This document shows positions 26,906 to 40,910 of a stretch of DNA of 64,000 bases, one piece after another. A program made the translations under genes and the position numbers. Every line of letters starts with the position of its first letter. Position 1 is the stretch's first letter. Below the pieces are notes generated by a model. That model was not told the origin of the DNA. It did no database searches and was given only the letters and a program-made list of their open reading frames with translations. The DNA comes from the human T2T-CHM13v2.0 reference genome, Homo sapiens. The stretch is from NCBI RefSeq assembly GCF_009914755.1, contig NC_060947.1; one strand, 5' to 3'.

Positions 26906-27068
26906 AAAAAGAGAAAGAAGAAGAAGAGGAGGAGGAGGAAGAAGAAGAAGAGGGAAGAAGAAGAAGAAGAAAGAAGAGGAAGAAAGAAGAAGAAAAAGAA
27001 GAAGAAGGAAGAAGAAGAAGAAGAAGAAGAAGAAGAAGAAAAGAAAGAAAGAAAGAGAGAGAGAGAAA
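26906..27068. repeat. 163-nt pure purine tract, compound (GAA)n/(GGA)n/(GAAA)n/(GA)n
   Basis: No pyrimidine between 26906 and 27068. The longest pure run is (GAA)11 at 27008-27040. Confidence 0.95.
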
Positions 27069-27419
27069 CAGAAGGCCAGTGGTCTGCCTTACCAGCCAGC
27101 CTTAAACAGATCAGCCACTTTTTTGTGTTAATCTTATAGGTCTTTGCAATAGAATTTCCTTTGAGGAAAGAAAGGGTTCCATGGCTTAAAAAAATTGAAA
27201 ATTAGTAATTTTGTTTGTCTAATATAATTCTTGACCACTTGCTGCTTCAAATTTGAAGAGAAAGAGAAGGAAGAAGAGAAAGAGAAAGAGTGAGATCTTC
27301 AGCCACTAAGAAGAGACAGGAAAATAGTTAATGGTGCCTGGACATAAATATCATTTATCCAATAGCCACAAAAATAGCCTGTCATTTTACTTATAGTCAT
27401 TAGTAGATTCCAGGAATGA

Positions 27420-27775
27420 TAATAACAGTAATAACAACCAACATTTTTTTGAACAGTAACTGCTAGGCCCTGCCCTAAAACCTTTGTAAGTAGTATCTCA
27501 TGTCATTTTTGCACCATAATGATGAGACAGATTCTATTGTTAGTCCAGAGACACAAGAGGAGCTGTGAGTAAGTGTGAAAACTGGGAATACACTCCAGGG
27601 GTCAGCTTCAATAGTCCACACAGCTACTCTATTCTGCGTCTTGTTGGGAGGTATTGATATTTCCAATTTATCGATATAGCAACAAAGATTCAAAGGTTAA
27701 GAAATTTTGCTAAGGTTACACAACATGTGAGGAGCAGAACTGGATTGGGATTTTAGTTTGTCGGACTTCAGAGCA
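27420..27775 (-). mobile_element. MIR fragments
   Basis: AATAACAGTAATAACACCAAC..CTAGGCCCTG; CCAATTTATCGAT..AAAGGTTAAGAAATTTTGCTAAGGTTACACA..GCAGAACTGG. Confidence 0.55.
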
Positions 27776-29119
27776 CCCCCCTCCCTTCATTCATTCATTC
27801 ACTCACTGAAAGAATATTTATTTAAGGTGCCAGAATCTCTCTTAGGCACAGCATATTATTTCTATTCTTAAATGAGGGTCTTAAGCCCCTTCTCTTGACT
27901 TGTCATTGGTTAGTGGGAAGGTAGAACCAAGGGCATGGTGGGAGGCAACCTTCTTCTTAAGTGTATGCACCTTGACAAGAAATTTTATCATGCAGCAGAA
28001 CTGAAGTGATTCTGAAACTGCATATATACTTGTTGAGGGAGAAGTATGCCTCTCAAAAAGATTTTGACCTGTTTAATATTTTTACTGGAATAAGGATTCT
28101 TCACTTTAAAACATAATTATTCTATTTAATATCTTTATATTTATATCACTGTTTTGGAGGCTACTGCTCCAATGTGCAGAATATGAGAATTTTCCTATTG
28201 ACTCTATGCTCGCATAAATAATTTAAGAGGAACAATTTCTGGAAAGTCTAAACAGCTAAAGACACTGTCTTTGATCTCCATGTGTATATGTAGTCTTAAC
28301 TTACTAAGCATTTTTCAGAAAATGTCAGCACTTACTGGTGGTTCTTTGTTCCCATAGCCCCTTGAGCAATCAAGACTATGCAAACAGAAAAATGCTGTTC
28401 TTGCTCATTTCTCTCCAGAAGCACCAGGAAAGTTTGGCCTCTTCAAAGAGAACTTAGAATGTAAATGGCAATCTCCAGAACTCTTTTTTTTCCTCTTGTA
28501 ATCTTCAGGATATTTGCAATTTATTGAACCATTGACATTGCTTCCTTTATACTTTTATTGTTATAATTGTTGTTGGAGAGAGAGATTAAGTAAGACATAA
28601 TTTGGGATATACCTAGGTAAACTTTCACATTTGTTCAGTTTAGTGAAACTGAATTCTGCTTTGGCAGCAGCGGGCCCCTGTGGTGCAGAAGTTTGTGGAA
28701 GGAGTGTTAGAATGCTGACTTGGGTTAAGGGAGAAAACTTTTGATGACCGCAAATGGCCACTCTTACCTTACATTTAACTAGTGAACAGATTTTGTCAGC
28801 TAGTCGGAATTTGAGGGTTTGTATGAATAAAATCCAACAAGATAATGAGTGCAGAAGCGAAATATAGTTATTATTTTCATACGTAGTCTTGTTCAAATCT
28901 ATGATGTCTTTATTTTGAAACTTATCAAATATGACTAAGAGTGGAATTTGGTATGGGAGACAGATTCTAAGGTGCTCCCTAACTACGCAGCCCTCCTGCT
29001 CTTCATTCCCATATAATCACACCCCATAAATATGGGTGGGACCTGTGACTTGTTTCTAGCAAATGGACTGGGGTAACATGAAGGGATTTTGCACATACAA
29101 TTAAGGTCCTTAATCAGTT

Positions 29120-30000
29120 TTTTTTACAGTTTATTAGTCTTATTGATATGTAACAATTGTACACATTTATGAGGTGCACGTGATGTTTTGATACATGCAT
29201 ACAATGTGTAATGATCAAATCAATGTAATTGAGATATCCATCGCCTCAAACATTTCAAACATTTATTTTTTTGTATGTTGAGAACACACCAAATCTCTTC
29301 TAGCTATTTTGAAATATGTGATCAATTATTGATAACTATAGTCACTCTGCTGTGCTACTGAGAATTACAATTTATTCCTTCTATCTAACTGTACTTTTGT
29401 ACTCATTAACCAATCTATCTTTATTCTCCTCACCTTCCTACACTTCTCAGCAGCTAGTAACCACCATTATACTCTTTTTTTTTAAATTTTATTATTATTA
29501 TACTTTAAGTTTTAGGGTACATGTGCACAACGTGCAGGTTTGTTACATATATATACATGTGCCATGTTCACGTGCTGAACTCATTAAGTCGTCATTTAGC
29601 ATTAGATATATCTCCTAATGCTATCCCTCCCCCTCCACCCACCCCACAACAGTCCCCAGTGTGTGATGTTCCCCTTCCTGTGTCCATGTGTTCTCATTGT
29701 TCAATTCCCACCTATGAGTGAGAACATGCGGTGTTTGGTTTTTTGTCCTTGCGATAGTTTGCTGAGAATGATGGTTTCCAACCTAAATGTCCAACAACAA
29801 TAGACCGGATTAAGAAAATGTGGCACATATACACCATGGAATACTATGCAGCCATAAAAAAAGATGAGTTCATGTCCTTTGTAGGGACATGGATGAAACC
29901 ACCATTATACTCTTAACCTCCGTGAGATCAACTTTTCTAGCTCTCACATATGAGTAAGAACATGAAGTATTTGTTTTTCTATGCCTGCCTTATTTTGCTT
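29120..30000 (-). mobile_element. L1MA-type 5'-truncated 3' end, interrupted by L1PA
   Basis: TTGTACACATTTATGAGGTGCAC..AATGATCAAATC..TTCTAGCTATTTTGAAATA..GTAACCACCATT..CACATATGAGT. Flanking duplication ATCAGTT (29113-29119 / 30001-30007). Confidence 0.85.
29477..29896 (-). mobile_element. L1PA3-like 3' fragment with 5' inversion (twin priming)
   Basis: Antisense L1 3'UTR at 29477-29780, then the upstream L1 segment in the opposite orientation at 29781-29896. 18-bp TSD AACCACCATTATACTCTT (29459-29476 / 29897-29914). Confidence 0.93.
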
Positions 30001-31099
30001 ATCAGTTGGTTTTGAGTTCATAAAAAAAAAGATATTATCCTGTGTGTGCCTGGATTAATCACACAAAGGTCCTTAAAAAAGGACTGGGCCCCTCCCTAAG
30101 GTAAGAGGAACTCTCAAATGCTGGCCTTGAAAAGACAAGCTGCCATGTTATTAAAGGAATCATGGAGAGAGCCACGGGGCAAAAAACCGTAGATGGCCTT
30201 TAGGAGCTGAGTAGTGCCCCGCCTCCCACCCCAGCCCCCATTAGCCATCAGCTAGGAAGAAAATGTGGACCTTAGTCCTACAGTAATAAGGAGATGATTT
30301 TTTGCAAATAACCTGAGGGAGCTTGTAGGTGGACCATTCCCCAGTTGAGCCTGTAATAAGCCCACAGCTCGAGCTGGGACCTGGATTGCAAACTGATGAG
30401 AATCGGAAGCGCAAGATCTAGCTAAATTATGTCTATAGGATGTCTATGGAAACTGTAAGGTAATAAAAGTATTTTTAAGCCACCAAGTTATGGTTATTTT
30501 TTAGACAACAATAGAAAACCAATACACTTGACTTCAAGAGAGTAGATCCAGGATTTTCCTGGGTATTTATTCTAGGAAGATGCTTTGCTATCATGGGAAG
30601 ACAAAAACTCTGGGTTAGATCACTGTGCATTATAGGGTCAGGAGTTCTATATTTACTGTTTTGAAAATAGATTGCAAATAGATATCCTCCATGTGCTGTT
30701 TTATTCCTAGCTTTGAAAACTACCCACTGTAATGCCCTTCCGTGATGGCCAGTTTGCAGTTGGCAAACAATTGGTGTTAATCAGTTTATAGTTGAAAATG
30801 AAGCTATTTACTATATTGACTCCCTAGCTCGCCCAGATATCTCAGAAGTTCTCAATTATTTCTAGGTTTAAAGAAACCGTTCTTTCTCCTTTGCTCTCTA
30901 CCACCATTTCCACCAATCTTGTTCAGGCTCTCATGCCTTTCTGACTTATTTCCCGACTTCTCCTTCCTCTCTGTCCTCTGCATTCTCCTTTTATTCCACA
31001 TTACAGGTTTGGCTGCAAACTGCTTCGCTGGTCTCCTTTTGCTTCCACAGCCTGCCCCAGTCTCTTTAGCCATACTTAGCTGCATACACTCTGCCTTCT

Positions 31100-31522
31100 T
31101 ACCATTTTATGTACAGGTGGCATCTTCTGCCAGAAATTCTCTGACTACCCATCCCTCTCCTTCATCTGCAAAACAGATGAAGGACACTGCTCAACTGTTC
31201 TCTCTCATCTAGTGTTTTTGATCCTCTCCTTCCTCCTTCTCCTTTCTCCTTTTCCCTCGAAGCTCCACCCACACAAGCAGGGTTAGTCAATACTTCCTCT
31301 CTGCTCCCACCAAAGTTAGCGCTTATTCCAGTATAAGCAGTTACTATGCTAGTATTATAATTTTTCTTTTTCTATGTCAAAAATCACTGCACCTCCCACT
31401 GACAGTGAACCCACCATCAAAGGTGCAAATCTTATCTTGTTCCTGTCTGGATTCCATGTGTCCCGGCACAGTGATGAACACAACAGCAGCATTCTAAATC
31501 TGTCTATGTGATTGACTGAATA
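31100..31522 (+). mobile_element. L2 3' fragment
   Basis: CCTCCCACTGACAGTGAAC..TCTTGTTC..ATTCCATGTGTCCCGGCACAGTG..TGATTGACTGAATA. Confidence 0.5.
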
Positions 31523-32779
31523 AAAAGTAAAATGTAGCATGTTTAGCTCCAAGGTGCAGCGTTGTCAAGCTGAATCCTAATAATGTGCGCAACGGACCCT
31601 GCCCCTTGAAATTCTGCAGAGCACAGGAATCACTAGAAAAATGAACAATGTACTTCACCAGATGCTTCCAGAAAGCATTATCATGTTATTCCCTGTCTGC
31701 CACCCCTGTTTTAGCAGTAAAATATATGAAATGGGAGAAATTACGATCACAAGATGAAAGAGGAATCAGTGCTTTTGATCTTATCAGATTGATTTCAGCC
31801 CTCTCCTAAACCTCAAACTCTTCCCATCTTCCAGAGACCTAAGATCCCCTGTTAGCATGGATGCGTATCTACTTATTTTATGGCTTCCCCTATGAAGTAT
31901 GAATCATAACAAATTCAATTCTGCTACTGAGAAATCCAGTTGTTCTCTTTCTGTATTATTCAGGTAAGATACCATCTGAAACTGAGAGAAGCATAAGGAA
32001 GCTTACAGCTCATTATCTAGTACCAGTTACATGTGGAGCACCATGCTAGGCCCAAGGGATGTAGAAATTTACATGATATTGTCCATGACTTTAGGGAGTC
32101 TACAGGGTGATCGGCAGAGAATGAAAAATAAATTAACGTTGCCAACACAGGGTGCTAAATGCTATGGTGACTTGAAACCTGTGAGTAAATTGTAGTCCAG
32201 AGGAGCAGCATTTAACTCACACTGGGTTGGGCATTTGGGGACGGGGGTGCGGATGTCAGAAAATTGAGGCACAGAGAGGGAAAGCAGTTTGTCCAAGGTC
32301 CCACAGTTGTGGCAGCACCAACTCTCTTGATGCCCATTGTAGATTCTTTTTGGTAATCTGCATTATTACAAGAAGCTGCATATTGTGATTTCATAGCTCC
32401 TTTGGAGAACACTGGGAATTGTAACTAGGGAATTATATTCAAATAAGTTAATTACAACTATGGAGTTCCTGGCACTTGGATGCCTTAGGAATGGATACTA
32501 GTAATTCAAGCAGTATGTCAAGGAGCTGACAGCTTTAGGGCTTGACCAAATACTGGCACAAACAGCTAAAAAACAAAGCTCCAACCTTGAGCCTGAGAGG
32601 ATGAAATCACAGTTTTCAGGAAACTCATCAACTCCAAAGTGGAGCCTAAAATGAAATAACAAAGAGCAATTAATGCAACTTTGCACAATACAGTTTCACT
32701 AGCCCTAACTTTCCTCTTTCTGCATTTTGAGTCTCCAGATCAACGAGCCAAGTACAGGCAGGGGGTGGGGACCAATGCC

Positions 32780-32900
32780 AAGGCCACAGGCTTTGGAGTA
32801 GTCAAGCCTGGATTAAAATCCTGGCTCTGACACTCACAGCTTTATTGTTTTGCGTTAGTTACTTAATCTCTCTGTGCCTTAATTTCTCCATTTCAAGCAA
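32780..32900 (+). mobile_element. MIR fragment
   Basis: GGCTTTGGAGT..CCTGGATTAAAATCCTGGCTCTGACACTCACAGCT..GTTACTTAATCTCTCTGTGCCT. Confidence 0.7.
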
Positions 32901-34556
32901 GTATCTAATATAACAGAAATTCCATTTCTCAGTTAACATGGCAAATTCGATAAATGGAAGAGAAAATACATTGGCTACTGGGAAGCATGGTATTTGTGAA
33001 GAATCTGCTGGTTTAGATCCAGATTTTCGGTGTCTGACCACCACTGAGATAGAACTGAGATCCAATGCAGCTCCTTCTTGTTTCATTTCTACTGGGGTTC
33101 CCACAGTAGACATTATGAGGGGGCTACACCCCAGGTCCTAGTCTGCTGACCTCATTCATCTAGAACAAAGCTGAGTGGTTGGAAGGAAAAATAAAAAGCC
33201 CTAAAACTGAGTGGCATTAAGGATAATAGCTGTCCCAGGACGTGCTGCTCCTCACAAGCCTTCACAATGCGGAGTTGAACCCAGGTCCATAGGACTAAAA
33301 AACCCAGGTTCTTAATCACTAGACTGACCCACATACTGCTGCTGGTAGTCACAGAATTAAAGAACTTTAAAAATATTTCACAGGCAAACAGTGACGAATC
33401 ATTAAGAAAAGTTTCATTGCTTCAGATTTTTTATTTACCAGGGCAAGTTCATTTAAAAATGATCAAACGTTATTTAAAGAAAAAATTGGAAACAAAACAA
33501 GAAGAATACAAAGGATCTAAGCTCTAATCCTGGCTCTGTAAAAAAGTGGTCCTAGTGGCCTTGAGCAGGTTCCTTCCTTTCTCTGGGTATCAGTTTACCC
33601 ATCTGTACCAAGAGAGAAATGAATAGACTTGCTCAGTTCTTCTCCACCTTTAATGTGCACATGAAATGCAAATTCTGATTCAGCATGTCTGGAGTAGGGT
33701 CTGAGATTCAGAATTGCTAAATCTCTTAGGGGATGACAATGATGTTGGTCTAGAGAACAGATTTCTTTAAGGGTCTCGATCAACTCAGATTCAACAATAA
33801 AGCCCAAGTATTACAGTAAATCCCAAATTGTTAGGCAAACAAAGAGTGACTCTTGATTTTCTTTTATTGGACAGTGAAGTTTCTCCGGCTGTAGCTTGTA
33901 TTGCTCACACTTGACCCTTTGTGTCTCAAAAACATTTCAAGCCCCTGGGGTATGGATCTTGCAGACTTTGGCACGGCCCATGTTAGGCTGTCCCAGTTAT
34001 AACCGTGAAAAAAGATGGAAGGGGATGGCTGACTTGGAAAGCTGACAACTCTGTGTATGATGAGTGTCCTGAATTTCCTGGGATGAACTGTGTTCTCTAC
34101 TCTGCCTGTTGGCTCAAAACCCATCTTTACCTGTGGCACCACAAAGTACTGCTGGATGTATTGTCAATTGCACCACACCAACAGCCCACAGGGAGAGTTT
34201 ATGGCAGGAGAAGTCAGTACCTGCTTTCCCTGTGGCAATCACATGTATTATTTTTCCACTTTCTCCATTGGCAGAGTCAGAGGGCAATATCTGGGCCGTT
34301 TCTCCAGCCTGCTTTCAGTGCAGCAGGCCATGCAGCCCTGTTCTTATCCTCCTCAGACTGTGGTTTTTCTTTCCCTGGTAAGAATCATTTTAGGTAGTTG
34401 AACTATCTACCAGGAAAATAAGAATTTTGTTCATGTAAACCTTCAATTTCTGAACTCTGAGGGCTGGGACTCGCCCTCCTCAGTGGTGGTCAGACACTGA
34501 AAATTTGGATCTAAACTAGCAGATTCTTCACCATTGTTTCAGAAAGCGTAGAATGA

Positions 34557-35047
34557 TGTTTTAGTTGCCTTTTGCTACTGTAACGCATTACCACAAATTT
34601 TATGGCTTAAACAATATACACTTACTATCTTACAGTCCTGAAGATCAGCAGTATCATTGGGCTAAAATCAAGGTGTTAGCAGGGCCATTTTCCTTCTGGA
34701 GGCTCTAGGGGAAAATTCGTTGCTTTGCCTTTTCCAGCTTCTAGAGGCTGCTTGCATTCTTTGGCTTACAGCCTCTTCCCCCATCTTCAAAGCTTTCAAT
34801 GGAGAATCAAATCCTTCTCTTATTGTATCACTCTGATTTCATCTTCTTCCTCTCTCTTCCACTTTCAAGGACACTTGTGGTTACGTTGGGCCCATCTTGA
34901 GAATAATTTTAAAAATATCCAAATCTCATGGGCTCAGATCTTTAATTTAGTCACAACTGCAAAATCTCCTTTGCCATGCAGGATAACATGTTCACAGGTT
35001 CCAGGGTTTAGAATGTGGAAATCTTTGGAGACCATTATTCACTCACA
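34557..35047 (-). mobile_element. MLT1D MaLR solo LTR
   Basis: TGCTACTGTAAC..TTACCACAAAT..GGGCTAAAATCAAGGTGTTAGCAGGG..TGCCTTTTCCAGCTTCTAGAGGCTGC..CACAGGTTCCAGGG.TTAG. Confidence 0.85.
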
Positions 35048-35749
35048 TCTTCACCTTCTCAAGTTGGTCATGTGTCCCAGGCCTACACAAATCAGCAAAA
35101 ATCATTCTCCTGACCACAGTGATTGGTTAAGAGTTGGACATAAGACCATAGACAGGTCAATTAGAATGAATATCAGTACTTCAGCAGGATACGATGGGGC
35201 GGAGTTGGATAGGGCAGTTACTCTCTTTAGGCCAATGGTAGTGATTCAGGGATGAAAGTTATTATGGTGAATATAATGATGCCCTTGCATCCTCACCATT
35301 TACTATGGCTCCTTCACAAATACTATGCTTTCCAGTAGCCAATGTATTTTCTCTTCCATTTATCGAATTTGCCATGTTAACTGAGGAAATGGAATTTCTG
35401 TTATATTAGTTGCTTGTTTGAAATTACCATTTACAATTAGTAAGCTGTGAAGTTGGAATTTAGGTTTGTATCCTCTAACTCTGAATCTTTCTACCACATT
35501 GACTGCACTGAACACCACACGATTAAAGCAAAAAAGGCCTACATTACATTTGACATTTGTTTAGAGAAACAATCAGGAGTGAGGTTGCAAGTGGAGAGTG
35601 TACTCTTGGTCATCTTTAAGGCAATGTTGACCTGGAGTGTCTGTTCTCCTTCCAATAATTAGGGACACTGTGCTGCATTTGTCCTGCCAAAGAATCTTGA
35701 GATATTTGGTTTAGCTTTGATCAGAAACCATTAACTATAATTTAGGCAT

Positions 35750-35975
35750 AAGAGCCTACCATTCAGTGAGCTCCTGATTAAACCTTGTATTAGGTACATT
35801 CATCTATTATATTATACAATCTTAGCAACCTAGCCTGTATTATTGTCATAATCATCATCCTCATCATTATTGTTATCCCTCCTTCAAAGATGAGGAACAC
35901 AAGGCTCAGAGGGTTTAAATCTCTTTCCCAAGCTAAGATTCAAATGCATGCGGTGTAATTGCAGAGCCTGCTTTC
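35750..35975 (-). mobile_element. MIR
   Basis: TACCATTCAGTGAGC..TTATTGTTATCCC..AGATGAGGAACACAAGGCTCAGAGG. Confidence 0.55.
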
Positions 35976-37339
35976 TTCAGAATAGTTAACCATGAATGCA
36001 GCGTTTAGAGGCACTCAGCATTGTTTCCTCAGCATTTATCACAGAGAGATAATAAATCTATATCTGATTCTGAATTTTTAAACATTTTTGCTACTTTCCA
36101 CTTGTCATAATCCATTTGTTGTTTGCTTTTCTAAACAGCATAGGTCCTCTCTCATGACCAAGGTTGTCATGATTTCTTCGTGACAAAATTTGCTTCAAGG
36201 TTATTTTTCATCACTTTGAGCAGCCTTTGTATTAACAATATACTGCATCTTGCTTAATCTGTATTGACTACCTGAGTGTTTTGGAAATCCTTCGTTTGGG
36301 AGAGAGCAATTTACATAAGACAGCCCACTTTAACTTGGCTTTTTCTCTCTGTTTATCTTACCCATATGGTCTTCTCAAGTATTGATCTCATCTGTGCTGA
36401 TTATTGAAGGAACTGATGTAAACTCAAGATAGCAAATGCTGCAATTCTGAGATGCAAATCCATTGTTTTCAGTGAAGGAGACTGGGACTGTTGTAGTCAG
36501 CTACCTCCTCGGCATAATCTAGATACCGGGGGATGGCCTGTTCCCATGCACCTTTGCCTTGGGCACCTGACTGCACCTCACTTTTTCCATTTAAATGTCT
36601 ACCTTGAAGGAGACAATCTCTAAACTCCTTTCCAGCACTAAAATTAAAATCTTTTCATTTTAATCCTCACATTCTTCTACTGCTGTGGGCCCCAGGAATT
36701 TAGCTTGATTATAGAACAGTGGTCTGGCAAGAGGCAGCCAGAGAGCCACTCTCTGCTTGCCACCCTTAGAAAGGAGTTAGAGTGGCACATCAGTCCCTGT
36801 GGTAGCAGTTCAGTGACACCAGGGAGCAAGGAGAAACCCAATTATGGGAACCGGGGCTTACTGGGTGGGGAGATGTGTGCTTCGTGAGTGGGGTGGGGGC
36901 AGTAACTCAGGGGCCCAGAAGTCAGCACTGGGAATGAGACCAAAGTCCCCACTGAAAGAATGTGGGAAGAGATACACGTGCATTGTTTCTCCTCTGTTAT
37001 AAAGACCTGTATGCAAACTGAATGGGACCAAACTGTCAGGTCCAGGCAAAAGTGAGCACAGATGAGAGAAGCTGAAAATGCCAGAGCAGGGTAAGAAGTC
37101 ACATGACTTCTGCGTGAGCCACAATCAAACTGACTTTTTTTATTCTCAATGTTTGTTTCATGTTTACTTCATTATATCAATCATGGAACATCACCAGTCC
37201 ATTGTCTGGTAATGTTATGGCTCTCCCCTGTGTACCGTGATTATCTTTGAACTGTTTTTGGCTCACTGGATTCTTGAATTTTATTGATTATGGTTTTTAA
37301 ATTATACAAAGCTAAATTTCCTGTTAGGAGGCTATAAAT

Positions 37340-37880
<541 letters not shown>

Positions 37881-38163
37881 CTCCAGATACATGGTAGCTA
37901 TCCTTATTATTGGTTTGTTTAGGATGTCTCCCACCCTAGTGTATGGCCATCTGTTTTCTGTATATGCATTTGAAATCAACTCAGTGTGTGGGTACTGATT
38001 TTTCACTTACAGTATGTGAAAACAATGATCATTTACCTTATTAGAAGATGGCATTCTTCATATGCTTTTTGAGCACCTGCCAAGGGCTAAGAGCCAAACC
38101 TTAGCTGAAGGTGATTAGAAAGCCCAGTAGGATATGCTAGAGCTGAGGGAATATGATGATCCA

Positions 38164-38663
38164 TGTGACGATTAATCTTATGTGCCAACTTGACTGGACC
38201 ATTGGATGCCCAGATATTTGGTCAAGCATTGTTCTGGATGTGTATGTGAAAGTATTTGTGGGGGAGATGAATATTTTAGTTTGTAGGCTGAGTAAAGTAG
38301 ATTGTTCTCACTGACGTGGGTGGGCCTCACTCAATCTGTTGAAGATCTGAGTAGAACAAAACTCTGAGTAAGAGAGAATTCACTCTCCCTCTTCCTGACT
38401 GTCTTCGAGTTGGGATACTGGTTTCCTTCCTTCAGACTCAGATTCAGACTGGTACTTGTACCACTGACTCTCCTGCTTCTTAGACATTTGGACTCAGGCT
38501 GGAACTATGCCATGGAATCTCTTGGGTCCCCAGCTTGCCAACTGTAGAACTCAGGACTTCTCAGCCTCCACAATCACACAGTCTCATAATCAATCAATCA
38601 ATCTTTCTGTCTGTATGTATGGATATCTCTATCTCTATCTATATAGGTATATCTACCTATCTT

Positions 38664-38710
<47 letters not shown>

Positions 38711-38838
38711 TTTATTGAATATATCTAGATCTAGATAGATATATTATACAATATATAATATATGTAATATATCTCTCTAGATATCGACCTAACTATATCT
38801 CCTATTGGTTCTGTTTCTCTAGAGAATCCTTGCTAAGA
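38164..38838 (+). mobile_element. MLT2D-like ERVL solo LTR with an expanded (TC)n(TA)n microsatellite
   Basis: TGTGACGATTAAT..TGCCAACTTGACTGG..GGATGCCCAGATATTTGGTCAA..CCTATTGGTTCTGTTTCTCTAGAGAA. Confidence 0.88.
38664..38710. repeat. (TC)n(TA)n compound microsatellite
   Basis: Read directly from the sequence. Confidence 0.95.
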
Positions 38839-40074
38839 AGGTCCAGGAAGAGGCCTCATGTCTGTTTGTAGATAATAATATATTTTTAGTGCTTTCTAGT
38901 CCTCCACTGAGACTTCTTAGTCAGGTTTAATTTTAAGGTACAAATAGAATAGAATTCCTTGGGTTGAGTACACAGAACCAAGACAATTTGTTATACCCTA
39001 ATTGTTTAGTGACATAAGCCAAATCGATGGACCTGGCAGAGACATTATCCTGAATGCCACCAATCTGTACCAATAAACAATGTCCACAGGTCCTAAAATT
39101 CAATCTAGTTTTGGAGAGTCTCTCTCAATTTTTGGAAATGTTGCAAGCCTGCAGACAGAACCGTCAACTCTCAGGCAAGGTCAGAAGCCTTAGAGAGTGT
39201 CTGAGGCAAGTAATATATCTCTTGACCACTGGAAAGGCACACAAATTGCTCAGATATTTCTATAGCAGAAAATTCTGAGGGAGAAATGCTTCTGCAGAGA
39301 CTCACCTTTTCTAGACAGAATAAGAGTCCCAGAGTATGTTCATAGTTAATGAATATTTTATGAGACTGTTACTTCTATGCACTTGCTCTGATGTCAAGTT
39401 TCCTTTAAATGTCTTGCATTTTCTCATCTTGTATTACCCTGAGTTCTGATGTCAAAAATAGAGTACCTTAGATGTGTAAGATGTGTCTTAGCAAGGCATG
39501 GTCATAAAGCTTGTTGAAAGTTTAATGGCAGAGGTGTGGGAAGTGGTGGAAACCTGAAATGGAATCAATGGTACCAGGAGACTGAGAACCTCTCACTACA
39601 GGGCCTGAGCTATATTATTCTTTGTACATCCACTCTTCAAAGCACAAGATAGCAATTAATACAGATTGACACTGTCACTATCCTCGTAAACTGGATAGAT
39701 TGATGCACCATACCTGATTAATTTACCTATCTTTCTCCTCAATAGCCTGGAAGCTCTTTGAGAGAATCTTTGTATATTCAGCATGGAGTAAAGGAGGGCT
39801 AGATTCAAACTGAGGGGCACTGAGAGGAAGCAATCCTGGGAGTTTGGCAGATGCTGTTATTGTTGAGATGGAAGGTTTGGATCTGACCTTCTGGGCATGG
39901 GGTGGTCATGGTTAGAGAAAGACTGTGCCTTTGGGTAGATGTGGTTGAAACTAAATAGTGACTTAGTGACAAAGACAAATTCCAGTCATCTGATTCATCG
40001 CTAAAGTTTTTATTTAATAAATACTCGACTTGTACATGTGCAATTTAAGGAGTTGTCAGTCAACTGAAAGTGGT

Positions 40075-40910
<836 letters not shown>

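Larger units (their letters stand above)
28952..30526 (+). mobile_element. MLT1E-like MaLR LTR, split by nested L1s (LTR parts 28952-29119 and 30001-30526)
   Basis: CAGATTCTAAG..GGGTGGGACCTGTGACTTG..ATTAAGGTCCTTAATCAGTT | ATCAGTTGG..ATTATCCTG..GCTGGCCTTGA..AGCTGCCATGT..CAATAGAAAACCAATACA. Confidence 0.8.

Noticed and set aside
26865-27131. Arg/Lys-rich 88-aa ORF resembling a basic nuclear protein
   Set aside because: It is simply the translation of the GAA/GGA microsatellite.
34725-35255. 176-aa ORF
   Set aside because: It lies in MLT1 LTR sequence, has a non-ATG start and shows no recognisable domain.
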